DNA from: a virus
Lineage: Duplodnaviria; Heunggongvirae; Uroviricota; Caudoviricetes
DNA length: 64,000 nucleotides
Virus record (IMG/VR): IMGVR_UViG_3300010362_000014
Span: 10,740 to 74,739 of that record
Reading direction: 5' to 3' (one strand)
Of this stretch, positions 1-10,488 are shown one piece after another (the first letter of the stretch is position 1; each line of letters opens with the position of its first letter). Made by a program: the position numbers and the translations under genes. The notes beneath the pieces are model-generated. The model worked only from the letters and a program-made list of their open reading frames with translations. It was not told the origin of the DNA and ran no database searches.

Positions 1-2
1 CT

Positions 3-761
3 GTGGCGGGTAACTTCTATCCCGGCGGCGATATAGAGATGGAATCATTGGAGGATGTAGTCATATACTTCCTATATAACTCAAGAGTGACGATTGTAAA
101 GTCCGGCACCACCAACTTTACTTATACAATTACACCAGCACCGAACGCCATTCCCATCAAGACAATGTCAATAACAATTGTTAGAAACGGTATAGTATTT
201 GGTTATACCGGGATGGTAACAGGAAGCTTCAGCTTTGGCATTAGCGATGGGTTGTTAACATTCCGCACTTCCATGCTTGGAAGAGATGAAGCTGTCCAAA
301 CACTTCCTACTGCTACTTGGCCAACCACTGTACCATTCGGCGCTGGTCAGTATTCAATCGAAGTTCCCACAGCGACGCCCGTTCTCGATACGGATACATT
401 CGAATTTAGTGTAGAAGATAATCCGGAAGCTCAATTTAGATTAAAATCCACTGGGCGTGGCGCTACGTTTATCAATTTTGGTGAAAGAAATTCTACGTTG
501 AATTTACAGCGCGATTTCCTTGATCGTACTGATTATGATGCCTTTAAGGCAACGACCTCGCAATCGATTACGCTTACTGCTTCTAAGGGTGCCAATAATT
601 CCATATCGATGCTCGCCCCAGTGGCGATTAAGGATAGTTATGAAGTCGGGCTATCCGGTGAAGGTGATCTAGTTCGGGCTAATATTCAATATCAGAATGT
701 TATTGATGGTACCGGTAAATCTTGGCAAATCACTCTGAAGACTCAAGAAAGTGTTACGTGA
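3..761 (+). CDS. putative major tail protein (ORF open to window start, possibly 5'-partial)
   Basis: Sits directly upstream of the chaperone pair and tape measure gene, the conserved siphovirus order. No diagnostic motif seen. Confidence 0.4.
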   Translation: MAGNFYPGGDIEMESLEDVVIYFLYNSRVTIVKSGTTNFTYTITPAPNAIPIKTMSITIVRNGIVFGYTGMVTGSFSFGISDGLLTFRTSMLGRDEAVQTLPTATWPTTVPFGAGQYSIEVPTATPVLDTDTFEFSVEDNPEAQFRLKSTGRGATFINFGERNSTLNLQRDFLDRTDYDAFKATTSQSITLTASKGANNSISMLAPVAIKDSYEVGLSGEGDLVRANIQYQNVIDGTGKSWQITLKTQESVT

Positions 762-1249
762 AATATGTTCTATTCGTAGTATATATTATACTGATATTAT
801 TGGCTATTGATAGCATTTATAATATTTTGTGCGGCTTAGTTAGTATAGTTAGGAAGAGTAGAATGCCGATTGCGGTGAATCTTGTCGATGACGGAACAAG
901 ATTTGAATTAAAATCAGCTCCTCCCGATGGATTTGTTGTTATTAAACGAATGACTTATGGTCAATTTGTGAAGAGATCTAATCTTGGTACCAAGTTTCGT
1001 ATGTCTGGAAGTTCTGGAAAAGACAATTTTGGTGGCGAGCTAGATATCTCAGAATTAACCGAGTCCCTGGCCTTATATGATTTCGCAAATTGTATCACTG
1101 AACATAATCTGACCGATGTTGATGGAAGATTGCTTAACTTTTCCGATACAAAAGATGTTAGAAAATTAGACGGAAATATAGGCCAGGAGATAGGTAAATA
1201 TATAGATGAGGTTAATAGTTTTGAGAGTGATGAAAACGTAAAAAACTAA
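722..1249 (+). CDS. tail assembly chaperone (G-like)
   Basis: Small acidic ORF between the major tail and tape measure genes. Ends in the slippery heptamer followed by TAA. Confidence 0.5.
   Translation: MANHSEDSRKCYVKYVLFVVYIILILLAIDSIYNILCGLVSIVRKSRMPIAVNLVDDGTRFELKSAPPDGFVVIKRMTYGQFVKRSNLGTKFRMSGSSGKDNFGGELDISELTESLALYDFANCITEHNLTDVDGRLLNFSDTKDVRKLDGNIGQEIGKYIDEVNSFESDENVKN
1240..1246 (+). promoter_or_regulatory. -1 programmed ribosomal frameshift slippery site A_AAA_AAC
   Basis: Reads gtA AAA AAC TAA in the ORF 722..1249 frame. A -1 slip enters the frame of ORF 1249..1497. This is the canonical X_XXY_YYZ heptamer at the chaperone G/GT position. Confidence 0.5.
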
Positions 1250-1497
1250 TGCATGAGGTGCGAAAAGTAATATTCGCACCTAAGATTCGAGTCGATAGAT
1301 TACAATATAGAGAAACTGTTCAGTTAATAAACGATATTGTCGTTTGTAGAGAGTTTCATATTCTTCCACGTGCTGGTGGTCTATACGATCAAGATTCATT
1401 TTTTGTATACGTACTCCAGCATTATATTAGCTGGATTAGCGAAAAAGAGGAGCTTGATACAAAAGCCGCGCAAGCGATGAATAGAGGCGGCCGTTAA
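1249..1497 (+). CDS. tail assembly chaperone frameshift extension (T-like part of GT)
   Basis: In the -1 frame relative to 722..1249. Immediately precedes the tape measure gene. Confidence 0.45.
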   Translation: MHEVRKVIFAPKIRVDRLQYRETVQLINDIVVCREFHILPRAGGLYDQDSFFVYVLQHYISWISEKEELDTKAAQAMNRGGR

Positions 1498-4400
1498 ATG
1501 CCATTCAGTGCAACCCGCGATCTATGGCTCGTTTTAAAGGCGCGAGATGAGGCGACTCGCGCCTTAAGGTCGTTCTCTACTAATATTCGTGATGTTGGGC
1601 GTCAAGCGCAAATGGCGGAGGCGATAGCTGCCCGTGCTGACGCGCAACGTCTGCTAAGAATGCAAAGAGCACAAGGCGCAACAAAAGAGCAGATAGCAGC
1701 TACTCAGGGTCTTATTGATAAATACGATGCTCAGGCAAAAGCCCTTCGAGTATTAGATATGCGCCAGGAAGAGCATCGCCGTAAGATGCTTATTCTCGGT
1801 CAACAAATGCAGAGTGTTTCTTCCGTTGCCGCAACTATGGGGCTTACCATAACTGCTGTAGGTATCGGTGGACTTATTGCAACAAAAAAGCTGGTTGATG
1901 CATCTATTGAATATAACAGACAAGTTAAGTTGACCTTAACACAGACCGATGGGTTCAAGACTTCTGTTGAAGAATTGGCAAAAATTGGTACGGATGTGGC
2001 GCGCAGAATTGCTGTACCATTTGAGCAAATTCAAACAACAATGTATGATATTTTCTCATCAACGAATGCTAATGTAGCGCAAGCTAAAAAGCTAATTGAG
2101 GCATTTTCAAAGACCGCTGTAGCCGGACAAGTAGATCTCCAGGCTGCTTCTCGTGGCACTATGGCTATTTTAAATGCATTCCATATACCAATTGAAAAAG
2201 TCAACGATGTTCTTGATATCGAATTTCAGTTAGTCAGAAAAGGTGTCGGCACCTATGAGGAATTCGCTAAAGTTATTGGTAGGGTAGCTCCATCTGCAAA
2301 CCGTGCAGGTCAGTCGCTCACTACAATGTCGGCGATGCTGGTATTCCTGACTCGTAACGGCTTATCTACTGCGATGGCCGCGGCTTCTGCTGCCAGAGCA
2401 CTTGATGCCTTCTCTAATCCAAAGGCGGTAAATCAATTAGAGCAAATGGGTATCAAGATGAAGGATGCCCGCGGAGAATTCCTGCCATTGGTTGATATTT
2501 TAAGACAACTTGAGTCCAGACTTGGTAAGCTTGCTGCACCTGAGCGCGCGAAAATTATCGCTAATATATTTAAAGGCGCGGGTGGAACGATTCAGGCTAG
2601 GCGTTTCATTGATCAAGTTCTTAAACCCGGCCAATTCGAAGCATTTATTGGATTCCTTACCGATATGCAGCACTCTACGGGACAATTTGAGGCTGCATAT
2701 CAGAAAATGGCAAATACAACGGCTGCCAAGACACAACTTTTATCAAACCGTTGGAATGTACTCAAAGTTCTTGCTGGTGACGCACTAATTCCTATTTTTA
2801 CAAAAGTCGTTGATGCAATGAGTAAGGTATTTGAGTGGTTTAATAAGCTCAGTCCGAGTCAACAGAAGATGGTAGTTACAACATTATCGTTAGTCACCGC
2901 GTTTTCTGCGATACTTGGCGTTATACTGCTTGTTGTTTCCGGACTTGCTGCACTGGCTGCCGCCATTACGGTTGCAGGAAGCGGGTTCTTCATTGCAATT
3001 GGTGCGATCGCGGGGTTTACAGCAGGTATTATAGCATTAGGTGCTGCTATATTTATAGCCTGGAAGAAGAGTGAAACCTTCAGAAAGGCCATAATAGCAA
3101 TTGGCAACAAGGTAAGTGATGTTTATCATAATGCAATTATTCCAGCCTTCAATGCGTTAAAACCTGCCATAGCAGGGGTAAGCAAAGTAGTTGTAGATCG
3201 TTTGCTGCCTGCATTTAAAGAAATTGTTAACTTCGTAAAGATGTTATTCCTAAAAGCGTTCACCGCAATATCTAATGTTATTAAAACAGTCGTTATACCA
3301 GCATTTGAATATCTTGCTAAATTCTACGAAAAGCACAAAGTAGCAATTGGACAACTAGTAACGGGGTTTATATTTTTTGGTAAATGGGCGCTGAAGATAT
3401 CAATTGTCATAGGAGCTATTCTTGTTGCGGCATTAGGCGCATTCGTAATTGCTACAGCACTAGTAGTTGCTGCTATTATTGGCGTTGTTATGCTTATTGT
3501 CAAACTTATCGAATGGACTAAGACTCTTATACACTGGTTCAAGGTTGAGATTCCCAAGGCATGGAGTGCTACAAAAGACTTCTTTATAAATATATGGAAT
3601 GCGATAGTAGGTTTCTTTGTAGATGTTTGGAATCGTATCGTCGACATCTTTAAAGGTTTCAAAGATTCCTTTAATAAAGTATGGAATGCCTTCTGGGATT
3701 CTGATATAATGCAGTTTCTACGTTCAATTATTAATCTTATAGTATCATTAGTCAAGCTTGCATTCAACTTTATGTTATTAGCGGTTGAAACATTTATTAA
3801 ATTATTCATGACCGGATGGCGGACTTTATGGAATTTTGTAAAGTCCGTTGCACTTAGTTTCTGGAATTGGGCATTTCCATTCTTTAAGTTTATATGGAAT
3901 ACAATAGTCTCGGTTTTCAACGCCATTAAGAATGCAGTAATGTCGGCTTGGAATTGGCTATGGGATAACGTTATAGGAAAAGCAATAGTTGGAGCAAAGG
4001 TCATTATAGATAAAATTAAGTCGATGTGGTCTACTGTATTTAGTCATACTAAGCAAATATTAGAAGGAGTTTGGAATTTCATAAGAGATAAATTTAATGG
4101 TATAGTGGATTTTGTTAAGGGTCTTGGAACTAAGTTGTTTGACGCCGGAGCTAATATAATCAAGTCGCTCATTAATGGCATAAAGAGCAAAATTGATGAA
4201 GTCACAAGTACTATTAGTAGCTTAGCGGATAAGATAAAAAGCTTCCTTCCATTCTCTCCTGCCAAACGTGGACCATTTGCCGGGATGGGCAATCCGTATT
4301 ATTCTGGACAAGCTATTGCTACATTGCTTGCTAAGGGTATGCGTAGCAGGATGTCAATGTTAACACAAACCACAAGTATGTTAGCTGGAGGGTTAAATAC

Positions 4401-4539
4401 CGGAATGAATTCGAGTATACTCGGAATGTCTGGTGGGGGCGGATCTGGAACTAATCAGGTATTTAATATTGCGACACAGGAAATCGATCCGAGAAGACAT
4501 GCTGAAGAACTTGGTTTCTTAATCTCCTCAAGAGGTTAA
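1498..4539 (+). CDS. tail tape measure protein
   Basis: 1013 aa. The N-terminus is coiled-coil-like (Ala/Gln/Arg-rich), the centre holds long hydrophobic/TM segments, and the C-terminus is W/F-rich. It lies downstream of the chaperone pair. Confidence 0.8.
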   Translation: MPFSATRDLWLVLKARDEATRALRSFSTNIRDVGRQAQMAEAIAARADAQRLLRMQRAQGATKEQIAATQGLIDKYDAQAKALRVLDMRQEEHRRKMLILGQQMQSVSSVAATMGLTITAVGIGGLIATKKLVDASIEYNRQVKLTLTQTDGFKTSVEELAKIGTDVARRIAVPFEQIQTTMYDIFSSTNANVAQAKKLIEAFSKTAVAGQVDLQAASRGTMAILNAFHIPIEKVNDVLDIEFQLVRKGVGTYEEFAKVIGRVAPSANRAGQSLTTMSAMLVFLTRNGLSTAMAAASAARALDAFSNPKAVNQLEQMGIKMKDARGEFLPLVDILRQLESRLGKLAAPERAKIIANIFKGAGGTIQARRFIDQVLKPGQFEAFIGFLTDMQHSTGQFEAAYQKMANTTAAKTQLLSNRWNVLKVLAGDALIPIFTKVVDAMSKVFEWFNKLSPSQQKMVVTTLSLVTAFSAILGVILLVVSGLAALAAAITVAGSGFFIAIGAIAGFTAGIIALGAAIFIAWKKSETFRKAIIAIGNKVSDVYHNAIIPAFNALKPAIAGVSKVVVDRLLPAFKEIVNFVKMLFLKAFTAISNVIKTVVIPAFEYLAKFYEKHKVAIGQLVTGFIFFGKWALKISIVIGAILVAALGAFVIATALVVAAIIGVVMLIVKLIEWTKTLIHWFKVEIPKAWSATKDFFINIWNAIVGFFVDVWNRIVDIFKGFKDSFNKVWNAFWDSDIMQFLRSIINLIVSLVKLAFNFMLLAVETFIKLFMTGWRTLWNFVKSVALSFWNWAFPFFKFIWNTIVSVFNAIKNAVMSAWNWLWDNVIGKAIVGAKVIIDKIKSMWSTVFSHTKQILEGVWNFIRDKFNGIVDFVKGLGTKLFDAGANIIKSLINGIKSKIDEVTSTISSLADKIKSFLPFSPAKRGPFAGMGNPYYSGQAIATLLAKGMRSRMSMLTQTTSMLAGGLNTGMNSSILGMSGGGGSGTNQVFNIATQEIDPRRHAEELGFLISSRG

Positions 4540-5417
4540 TGGTGGCACTTACCTCTAATTATACCTATCGTTTGGATACAGCTACCAGTACCGGTACTGT
4601 ACTCAATGATGATTCATTGTCATTTCCGTTTGTTGATATACAAAAAGTCGTAGGATTAGATTCAGCACCATACAGAGAAACAATACGTGATCATGAAGGT
4701 ACCGATGGTGGATTTATAGATGCAGAATTCGAAAAGGGACGCGATATAATACTTGAGGGATTGGTATACTGCGATCCTAGCAATGTAGAATCATACATGG
4801 ATACTCTGAAGCTTAACTATGCACCAGTTACTACGCCAGTGGAGTTTCACTTTAAAGGTCCAGGTATTAGTGAGAGACTATTATATGTAAAGCCACGAGG
4901 TGTCAGATACGATATAGAACAATTAAGAAGAATTGGCATAACAGCGGCACAATTCTTATTATACGCAGAAGACCCAAGAGTCTATGATGCCACACTTACC
5001 ACCGTAGTTATATCATATGGTGGAGACGCTGGCAACGGTTTTGCATTCAGCTTTGGATTCAATTTAGATTTCGGTGGTGGAGCATCACCGGCCGGGCAAT
5101 TTGTAACGAATAGTGGGAATAGACCAGCTCCAGCGACATTAACAATTCAGGGACCTGTACAAAATCCATTAATTGCTAACGATACAAATGGTGGTTTGAT
5201 ATCGTTTTCTAATACACTATCATTGACTGGATCTGATTCTGTTGTTATAGATTTAAAAAATAGAACGGCAATACAAAACGGAAGTACTAATGTGAGATCC
5301 AAGATGGTAACGGCTAATTGGTTTATGTTAGACGTTGGTTCCAACTTTATTAGATACGGTGGAACTAGTGGTACAGGTAGCACGCTGACTGTGGCCTACA
5401 GGAATGCATGGAGATAA
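4539..5417 (+). CDS. putative distal tail protein
   Basis: First gene after the tape measure protein. Start overlaps the TMP stop (ATGGTGG). Confidence 0.35.
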   Translation: MVALTSNYTYRLDTATSTGTVLNDDSLSFPFVDIQKVVGLDSAPYRETIRDHEGTDGGFIDAEFEKGRDIILEGLVYCDPSNVESYMDTLKLNYAPVTTPVEFHFKGPGISERLLYVKPRGVRYDIEQLRRIGITAAQFLLYAEDPRVYDATLTTVVISYGGDAGNGFAFSFGFNLDFGGGASPAGQFVTNSGNRPAPATLTIQGPVQNPLIANDTNGGLISFSNTLSLTGSDSVVIDLKNRTAIQNGSTNVRSKMVTANWFMLDVGSNFIRYGGTSGTGSTLTVAYRNAWR

Positions 5418-5420
5418 CAC

Positions 5421-6617
5421 ATGGCTGCACTAAATCCACCCGGCTTTCTGCAGAATGCTGGTGCTACCCATACTGCGGAGCAGATGCGAAATTGGCTATC
5501 ATTAGCCTTTGCAGGAAACGTTAGTGGAACCTCCCTTATCGCGCAGGGAGGTGTACACGGGGCGCTTGGTAATAAGCTTTCAGTTACCCAGGCTGGATCG
5601 CCAAATATGACAGTGATTGTCAAAAGCGGCGGTGCCATGATTCCTGGAACTGAAGGTTCCAAACAGGCAATGTATGCTGTGCTTAATGATGCAGATAATA
5701 CAGTTAACATTGCCGCGGCTGACCCGACACTACCAAGAATTGACATAATTGTATACAAGGTTCAGGATCAGGCGTATTCCGGTGGTACAAATACATCCTC
5801 AATTGTAGCTGTTACTGGAACTCCTGCGGCATCACCATCGCCGCCCGCGGCTCCGGCCAACTCGATAACGCTGGCTCAAGTTGCTGTTGCGGCAAATGCT
5901 ACATCTATCGTCAATGCGAATATCACCGATAAGCGTACGTACCTAAATGGCGTTTCCAAATTACCCGACGTTCAAAAATTCACCGCTGGTGGAACTTGGA
6001 CAATGCCAACCGGTGCGCGATGGGTACATATAAAATGTGTTGGTGATGGTGGAGGTGGCGGTAGTACTGCCGCAACTGGTGCTAGTGAGGCGGCAGAAAG
6101 TTCTGGAGGTGGTGGCGGAGGTTATGCAGAAGCGTGGTTTGATGCATCCGCATTAACATCTACCGTTGCGGTAACAATTGGTACAGGTGGTGCAGGGGGC
6201 GCAGCCACCGGATCGAATTCTGGATCTGCGGGAACCGGATCCAGTTTTGGAGCATTCTTAACCTCCAATGGTGGTGGTGGGGGAGCGGGTGGCACAAATA
6301 CTACTACAAATGCAATTGCTGGATCCGGAACAGGTGGTACCGCCAGTGTAACCGGTGGAATTTCCAGTATAGCAATAACTGGCGATGATGGCGGGAATGG
6401 CAGAGTAATTTCCGCGGGTCCAGTATATGCGAATTACGGTGGCGCTGGCCCTCTTTCATCTTTGAGAAGAGCTGGCGCTTCTGGTACTACTGCTGGAAGC
6501 GGTGGCAGAATATATGGTGGTGGCGGTACTGGTGCCCGTGCTGGTGCCTCTCAAAGTTCACAAGCGGGCGGTGCTGGAGCCGCTGGATTAGTCCTCGTTG
6601 ATACATATTTTGGATGA
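5421..6617 (+). CDS. glycine-rich minor tail protein
   Basis: C-terminal two-thirds are dominated by G/A/S/T runs (GGGGG, GTGG). Sits in the tail module. Confidence 0.4.
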   Translation: MAALNPPGFLQNAGATHTAEQMRNWLSLAFAGNVSGTSLIAQGGVHGALGNKLSVTQAGSPNMTVIVKSGGAMIPGTEGSKQAMYAVLNDADNTVNIAAADPTLPRIDIIVYKVQDQAYSGGTNTSSIVAVTGTPAASPSPPAAPANSITLAQVAVAANATSIVNANITDKRTYLNGVSKLPDVQKFTAGGTWTMPTGARWVHIKCVGDGGGGGSTAATGASEAAESSGGGGGGYAEAWFDASALTSTVAVTIGTGGAGGAATGSNSGSAGTGSSFGAFLTSNGGGGGAGGTNTTTNAIAGSGTGGTASVTGGISSIAITGDDGGNGRVISAGPVYANYGGAGPLSSLRRAGASGTTAGSGGRIYGGGGTGARAGASQSSQAGGAGAAGLVLVDTYFG

Positions 6618-6793
6618 GATATGATTTATCACGTAGCAAACGAAAATGGTATATTGTGCGGTCAGTACGGAAGATTTGTGCTTATGGAAAAAGCATTAGA
6701 CCCAGATTCAAATGAACATTTCAATTGCGTGGAATGTCATAAAATATTGACAGGCGGGAATAAACACATGAGGCCGCAAAATGAGGAAGAAGA

Positions 6794-7741
6794 ATGACAG
6801 CATATGGATGGGATACTTCGCATTACGATGATCCCCCCACGTCGCGTGATGGACTAAGTTTTTATACACATAAATGTACCGATGGTGCACATTTCTATGC
6901 GGATGCAGAGTATCAATCAAGTATGAATGCGGCTAAGAATCTAGGTATTCCGGTACTTGGTGCATATCACGTGCTGTGGGACTCGAACGTAACGGCCCAA
7001 ATAGATTGGTTTTATGAAAAGGTAAATACGCTTACTCCATGGTGGAAAACTCATCTTAGTCCTGTTGATGGGGAACTATATCCATTTATTTGGCAGTTAG
7101 ACTGTGAGCCCTTTGACTACAACGGCGGTAAGCCTAGTAAAACATCAATACAGAATGCAGTAAATTACATGCAAACAAAATATAATATAGAATTGGTGTG
7201 TATTGAGGGATATTGTCCGAAATGGGCATATCAAGATACGCTAACCGGATTAACATGCCGCCTGTGGGCGTCGAGCTATGTGAGCGGCTCCGGACCGTAT
7301 GAAGATTTATATCCGGGCGATAATTCAATACGTTGGTCTTCGTATTCCGGACAATCTCCGATTTTTCTACAGTATACATCTAGTGCGGTAATAGCGGGAC
7401 AAACAACATGTGATGCTAATGCCTATAGGGGTACGGAACAAGAGCTTATTGATTATCTTAGAGGAGGATCGGTGAGTACATTTTCTGACGTTTGGAAGAC
7501 GGATGCACTCAAAAATCCATATGGAGATTCGGCCACTAATCCTGTTATAACAGCGGAGACGTACCTTTATGATATCGCAAAAGATCTTATGGCTGTAAAG
7601 GTGAAAGTCGCCACTCTCAGCAATACTACCATTGATTATGATGCGCTGGCAGATGCCATCGTTGCGAAGCTTCCTCCTACGAGCTTGACCAAACAAGATG
7701 TAGTGGATGCCCTTAATGCTACTAAGCTCCAGGTTGGTTAA
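6794..7741 (+). CDS. GH25-family muramidase domain protein (tail-associated lysin or endolysin)
   Basis: N-terminus GWDTSHYDD...FYTHKCTDGAHFYADAEY resembles the GH25 pattern G-x-D-x-S-x-xQ...KATEG...D. Embedded among tail genes. Confidence 0.5.
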   Translation: MTAYGWDTSHYDDPPTSRDGLSFYTHKCTDGAHFYADAEYQSSMNAAKNLGIPVLGAYHVLWDSNVTAQIDWFYEKVNTLTPWWKTHLSPVDGELYPFIWQLDCEPFDYNGGKPSKTSIQNAVNYMQTKYNIELVCIEGYCPKWAYQDTLTGLTCRLWASSYVSGSGPYEDLYPGDNSIRWSSYSGQSPIFLQYTSSAVIAGQTTCDANAYRGTEQELIDYLRGGSVSTFSDVWKTDALKNPYGDSATNPVITAETYLYDIAKDLMAVKVKVATLSNTTIDYDALADAIVAKLPPTSLTKQDVVDALNATKLQVG

Positions 7742-8826
7742 TGTCAGAGTATCGTTATGTATTTTCAACTCTTCGTACGGAATCAGTTGTCGAAGAGATT
7801 GATTTATATGGCGTCTACATGGATATGCAATTAAACGATGGTGGCACCTTTACCGGAACGTTCCAGCTCGATCAGACTGGTAAGCGAAATTACGATTTAA
7901 TGGCTGCAACAATACCTGGATTTACATTTATCGCTGTCGAAAGAAATGACATTCCAATATGGGCAGGACCTATAGTATCAAGAGTATATCAATCTCAGTC
8001 TAAGTCATGTCAGTTGGCGGCCGTCACCTTTGAAAAATATCCAGATAGGCAGATAATTGATACAGATATTACATATAACAATACAGAACAGAGGAATATT
8101 TTCAGGAATTTATGGACAACCATGCAATCAATTCCAGAGCGAAATCTAAATATTAACGTTCCAAGCTCGTTTACCACTGCGATACTTAAAACGATAAGCG
8201 TTCTATCTACCGATATGAAATACTATGGCGAGGTAATGTCATCGCTCGCCGATGCAGATAATGGATTTGACTGGTATATAGCATTATCGAAATCAGCATC
8301 TGGATATTATCGTAAGGATCTTTTGATTGGGTACCCACAACTAGGAACATTTTCGGACGCAACTGTTGTGATGGAGTATCCTGGATCAATATTAAATTAT
8401 TATATGACTGAATCGATTTCGAATGCAGCAACTAATGTATTTGTTGTTGGTAATGGAGAAGGCTCCTCCATGATATTGGGAAAATCTACGCAGACAGCAA
8501 TGTTGAATGCCGGGTGGCCAAGATGGGATATAGATATTTCTCGTAAGGATGTAAACAGTCAGGTTCATATTAATGGATTAGCCAATCAAGAGGGAGCAAA
8601 AAGAAAGCCGCCAATGCCTATAATTAAGGCAACTCTAAAAGCTAATTTGATACCAGTTTTCGGAAGTTTTGGGCTAGGAGACAGTGTAAAGATACAAATC
8701 AAGGATCCTAGAAATCCGACAGGGTTTACTGCTACTTCTCGTATGGTACGATGGGAATTAACACCACAATCATCAGACTCAACTGAAGAAGTTAACTATA
8801 TCTTTGAAGGTGATCCAGATGTCTAA
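7741..8826 (+). CDS. minor tail protein
   Basis: Translationally coupled within the tail module. No motif seen. Confidence 0.35.
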   Translation: MSEYRYVFSTLRTESVVEEIDLYGVYMDMQLNDGGTFTGTFQLDQTGKRNYDLMAATIPGFTFIAVERNDIPIWAGPIVSRVYQSQSKSCQLAAVTFEKYPDRQIIDTDITYNNTEQRNIFRNLWTTMQSIPERNLNINVPSSFTTAILKTISVLSTDMKYYGEVMSSLADADNGFDWYIALSKSASGYYRKDLLIGYPQLGTFSDATVVMEYPGSILNYYMTESISNAATNVFVVGNGEGSSMILGKSTQTAMLNAGWPRWDIDISRKDVNSQVHINGLANQEGAKRKPPMPIIKATLKANLIPVFGSFGLGDSVKIQIKDPRNPTGFTATSRMVRWELTPQSSDSTEEVNYIFEGDPDV

Positions 8827-9643
8827 ATATAGAACAAGTCCAATACCTGACCTGGGCGAAATTATAGATGATTTGGAAAGAAGAATATCAAAATTGGAAC
8901 GTACGCCGCAATTGGAAAGTGCATCTATTGACGGTGGAGAATTAGATTTGCTAGGGGCAAATTTCGTAACAAAAACCATAGACGAGCCGCAATCCAATCC
9001 GCTCTTCTTCGAAAAAGGAATTATAGAATTTGGCTCTGACATGATTGTGGCGCCTGCGGGATCTATTACATTTCATACGGCCAGATCTCAGTCGGTAGAA
9101 TCTAATGACCCAGCCTTTCCAGGATTTATTTCTACGAGATTTTCCAATGATGATAATGCAGTTCCTAAGGTAAGAACTATAGAAATTTTTGATAAAAATG
9201 GATCTTATTTACTATCCGATTCTCAGGCGGCTAGACAGGGAATGTCCGATCCAACACTTTGCTATCAATGGTCAAATCCAAATTCTTACAGCACAACAAC
9301 TAGTGGAACGTTTGCAGGATTCGCCCAGACTTTCTGGTATCAATATCATCCTCATCTGCTAATCGAAGTTGTAGCTAACAATCCGGCCTCAACAACTAGT
9401 GAGATTCAGATAGTAGACTTACTTAATGGTTCTGCGGTATTGGATTTGGTAACGGGACCTGCTGGAGCGGTAACTAATATCGAATTGGTAGTTGCCCGAT
9501 CAGCGATGCAAAATGGTAATTTTCCTAATGGTAATCTCAACTGGGTCGAAGTTCAACATCGAAGAGCATCTGGCGCAGGAACATGCTCGACGCGGGTTTT
9601 ACAGATGGTTGGTATAGATAAATCATTGACTGATCCATTTTAG
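8804..9643 (+). CDS. minor tail / putative receptor-binding protein, paralog 1
   Basis: Shares the N-terminus (DLGEIIDDLERRISKLERTPQL) and C-terminus (VEVQHRRASGAGTC...GID.SL.DPF) with 9653..10471. Confidence 0.4.
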   Translation: MKVIQMSKYRTSPIPDLGEIIDDLERRISKLERTPQLESASIDGGELDLLGANFVTKTIDEPQSNPLFFEKGIIEFGSDMIVAPAGSITFHTARSQSVESNDPAFPGFISTRFSNDDNAVPKVRTIEIFDKNGSYLLSDSQAARQGMSDPTLCYQWSNPNSYSTTTSGTFAGFAQTFWYQYHPHLLIEVVANNPASTTSEIQIVDLLNGSAVLDLVTGPAGAVTNIELVVARSAMQNGNFPNGNLNWVEVQHRRASGAGTCSTRVLQMVGIDKSLTDPF

Positions 9644-9652
9644 GAGAATTAT

Positions 9653-10471
9653 ATGAGTGAAAAATATAGAAATTATTCCATACCAGATCTTTTGGATATT
9701 ATTAAGTCATTGCAAGATAGGGTTTCCAGATTAGAGCGTACACCACAATTAACAAGTTCGGCAGTTAATACAAGTGGAATTACCGTAACAGGAGGCAGTG
9801 TCATTGTTAGAATGCCTAACGATCCACTCGCCCTGCAGGGTATTATTAATATTGGTTCAAATGCAACAATATATGACGAAACCGGAATGTCGATATATAT
9901 AATAAGATCCAATGCTGTTGAGGGTGGTGCTGGAGCATATGGTTCACTCTTAATGGAACTATTGACGGTCGAAGGAAGTGCAGCACCAAAAAATTCTACT
10001 ATAAAATTCTATGATAAAACAGGATCGACGATCTTTTCAGATTCTTTGAATGCGAGGCAGGGATTTGATCACCCGAGGTTAACAAATACGTGGTGGGATC
10101 CCACCAACGGATATATTTCAACAACAAGCGGAACCTTTGCCGGTATTGCGGATATAAGGTGGTACCAATATCATCCACATATAAGAATCAGAGTATACAC
10201 CAGTAATCCAGCAACAACAACAAGTGAAGTAAGAATAGTCGATGTAAATAATAGTAATGCAGTGATCTCTGGTCCGCAGACTGGGCCGGCTAACGCTACT
10301 ACATTACTTGAATTTGTTGTTGCTAGATCATCTATGCTGAACGGAGCTAATATAAATGGTATAACGGAGCTTATTGAGGTCCAGCATAGACGTGCGTCAG
10401 GGGCTGGTACGTGTACTACATTAATGACGGAGGCTATAGGTATAGATCTGTCATTATCTAATCCGTTCTAA
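9653..10471 (+). CDS. minor tail / putative receptor-binding protein, paralog 2
   Basis: Paralog of 8804..9643 with conserved termini and a divergent centre. Confidence 0.4.
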   Translation: MSEKYRNYSIPDLLDIIKSLQDRVSRLERTPQLTSSAVNTSGITVTGGSVIVRMPNDPLALQGIINIGSNATIYDETGMSIYIIRSNAVEGGAGAYGSLLMELLTVEGSAAPKNSTIKFYDKTGSTIFSDSLNARQGFDHPRLTNTWWDPTNGYISTTSGTFAGIADIRWYQYHPHIRIRVYTSNPATTTSEVRIVDVNNSNAVISGPQTGPANATTLLEFVVARSSMLNGANINGITELIEVQHRRASGAGTCTTLMTEAIGIDLSLSNPF

Positions 10472-10488
10472 ATTAGGGCAAGGATCAT

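Noticed and set aside
2500-4292. Antisense and alternative-frame ORFs inside the tape measure gene (2500..2736, 2510..2788, 2859..3110, 3324..4004, 4044..4292)
   Set aside because: They lie within the long, well-supported TMP reading frame and are low-complexity or hydrophobic mirror artefacts.
5421-6617. Collagen-like protein call for the Gly-rich ORF
   Set aside because: The glycine runs are not in Gly-X-Y triplet periodicity.
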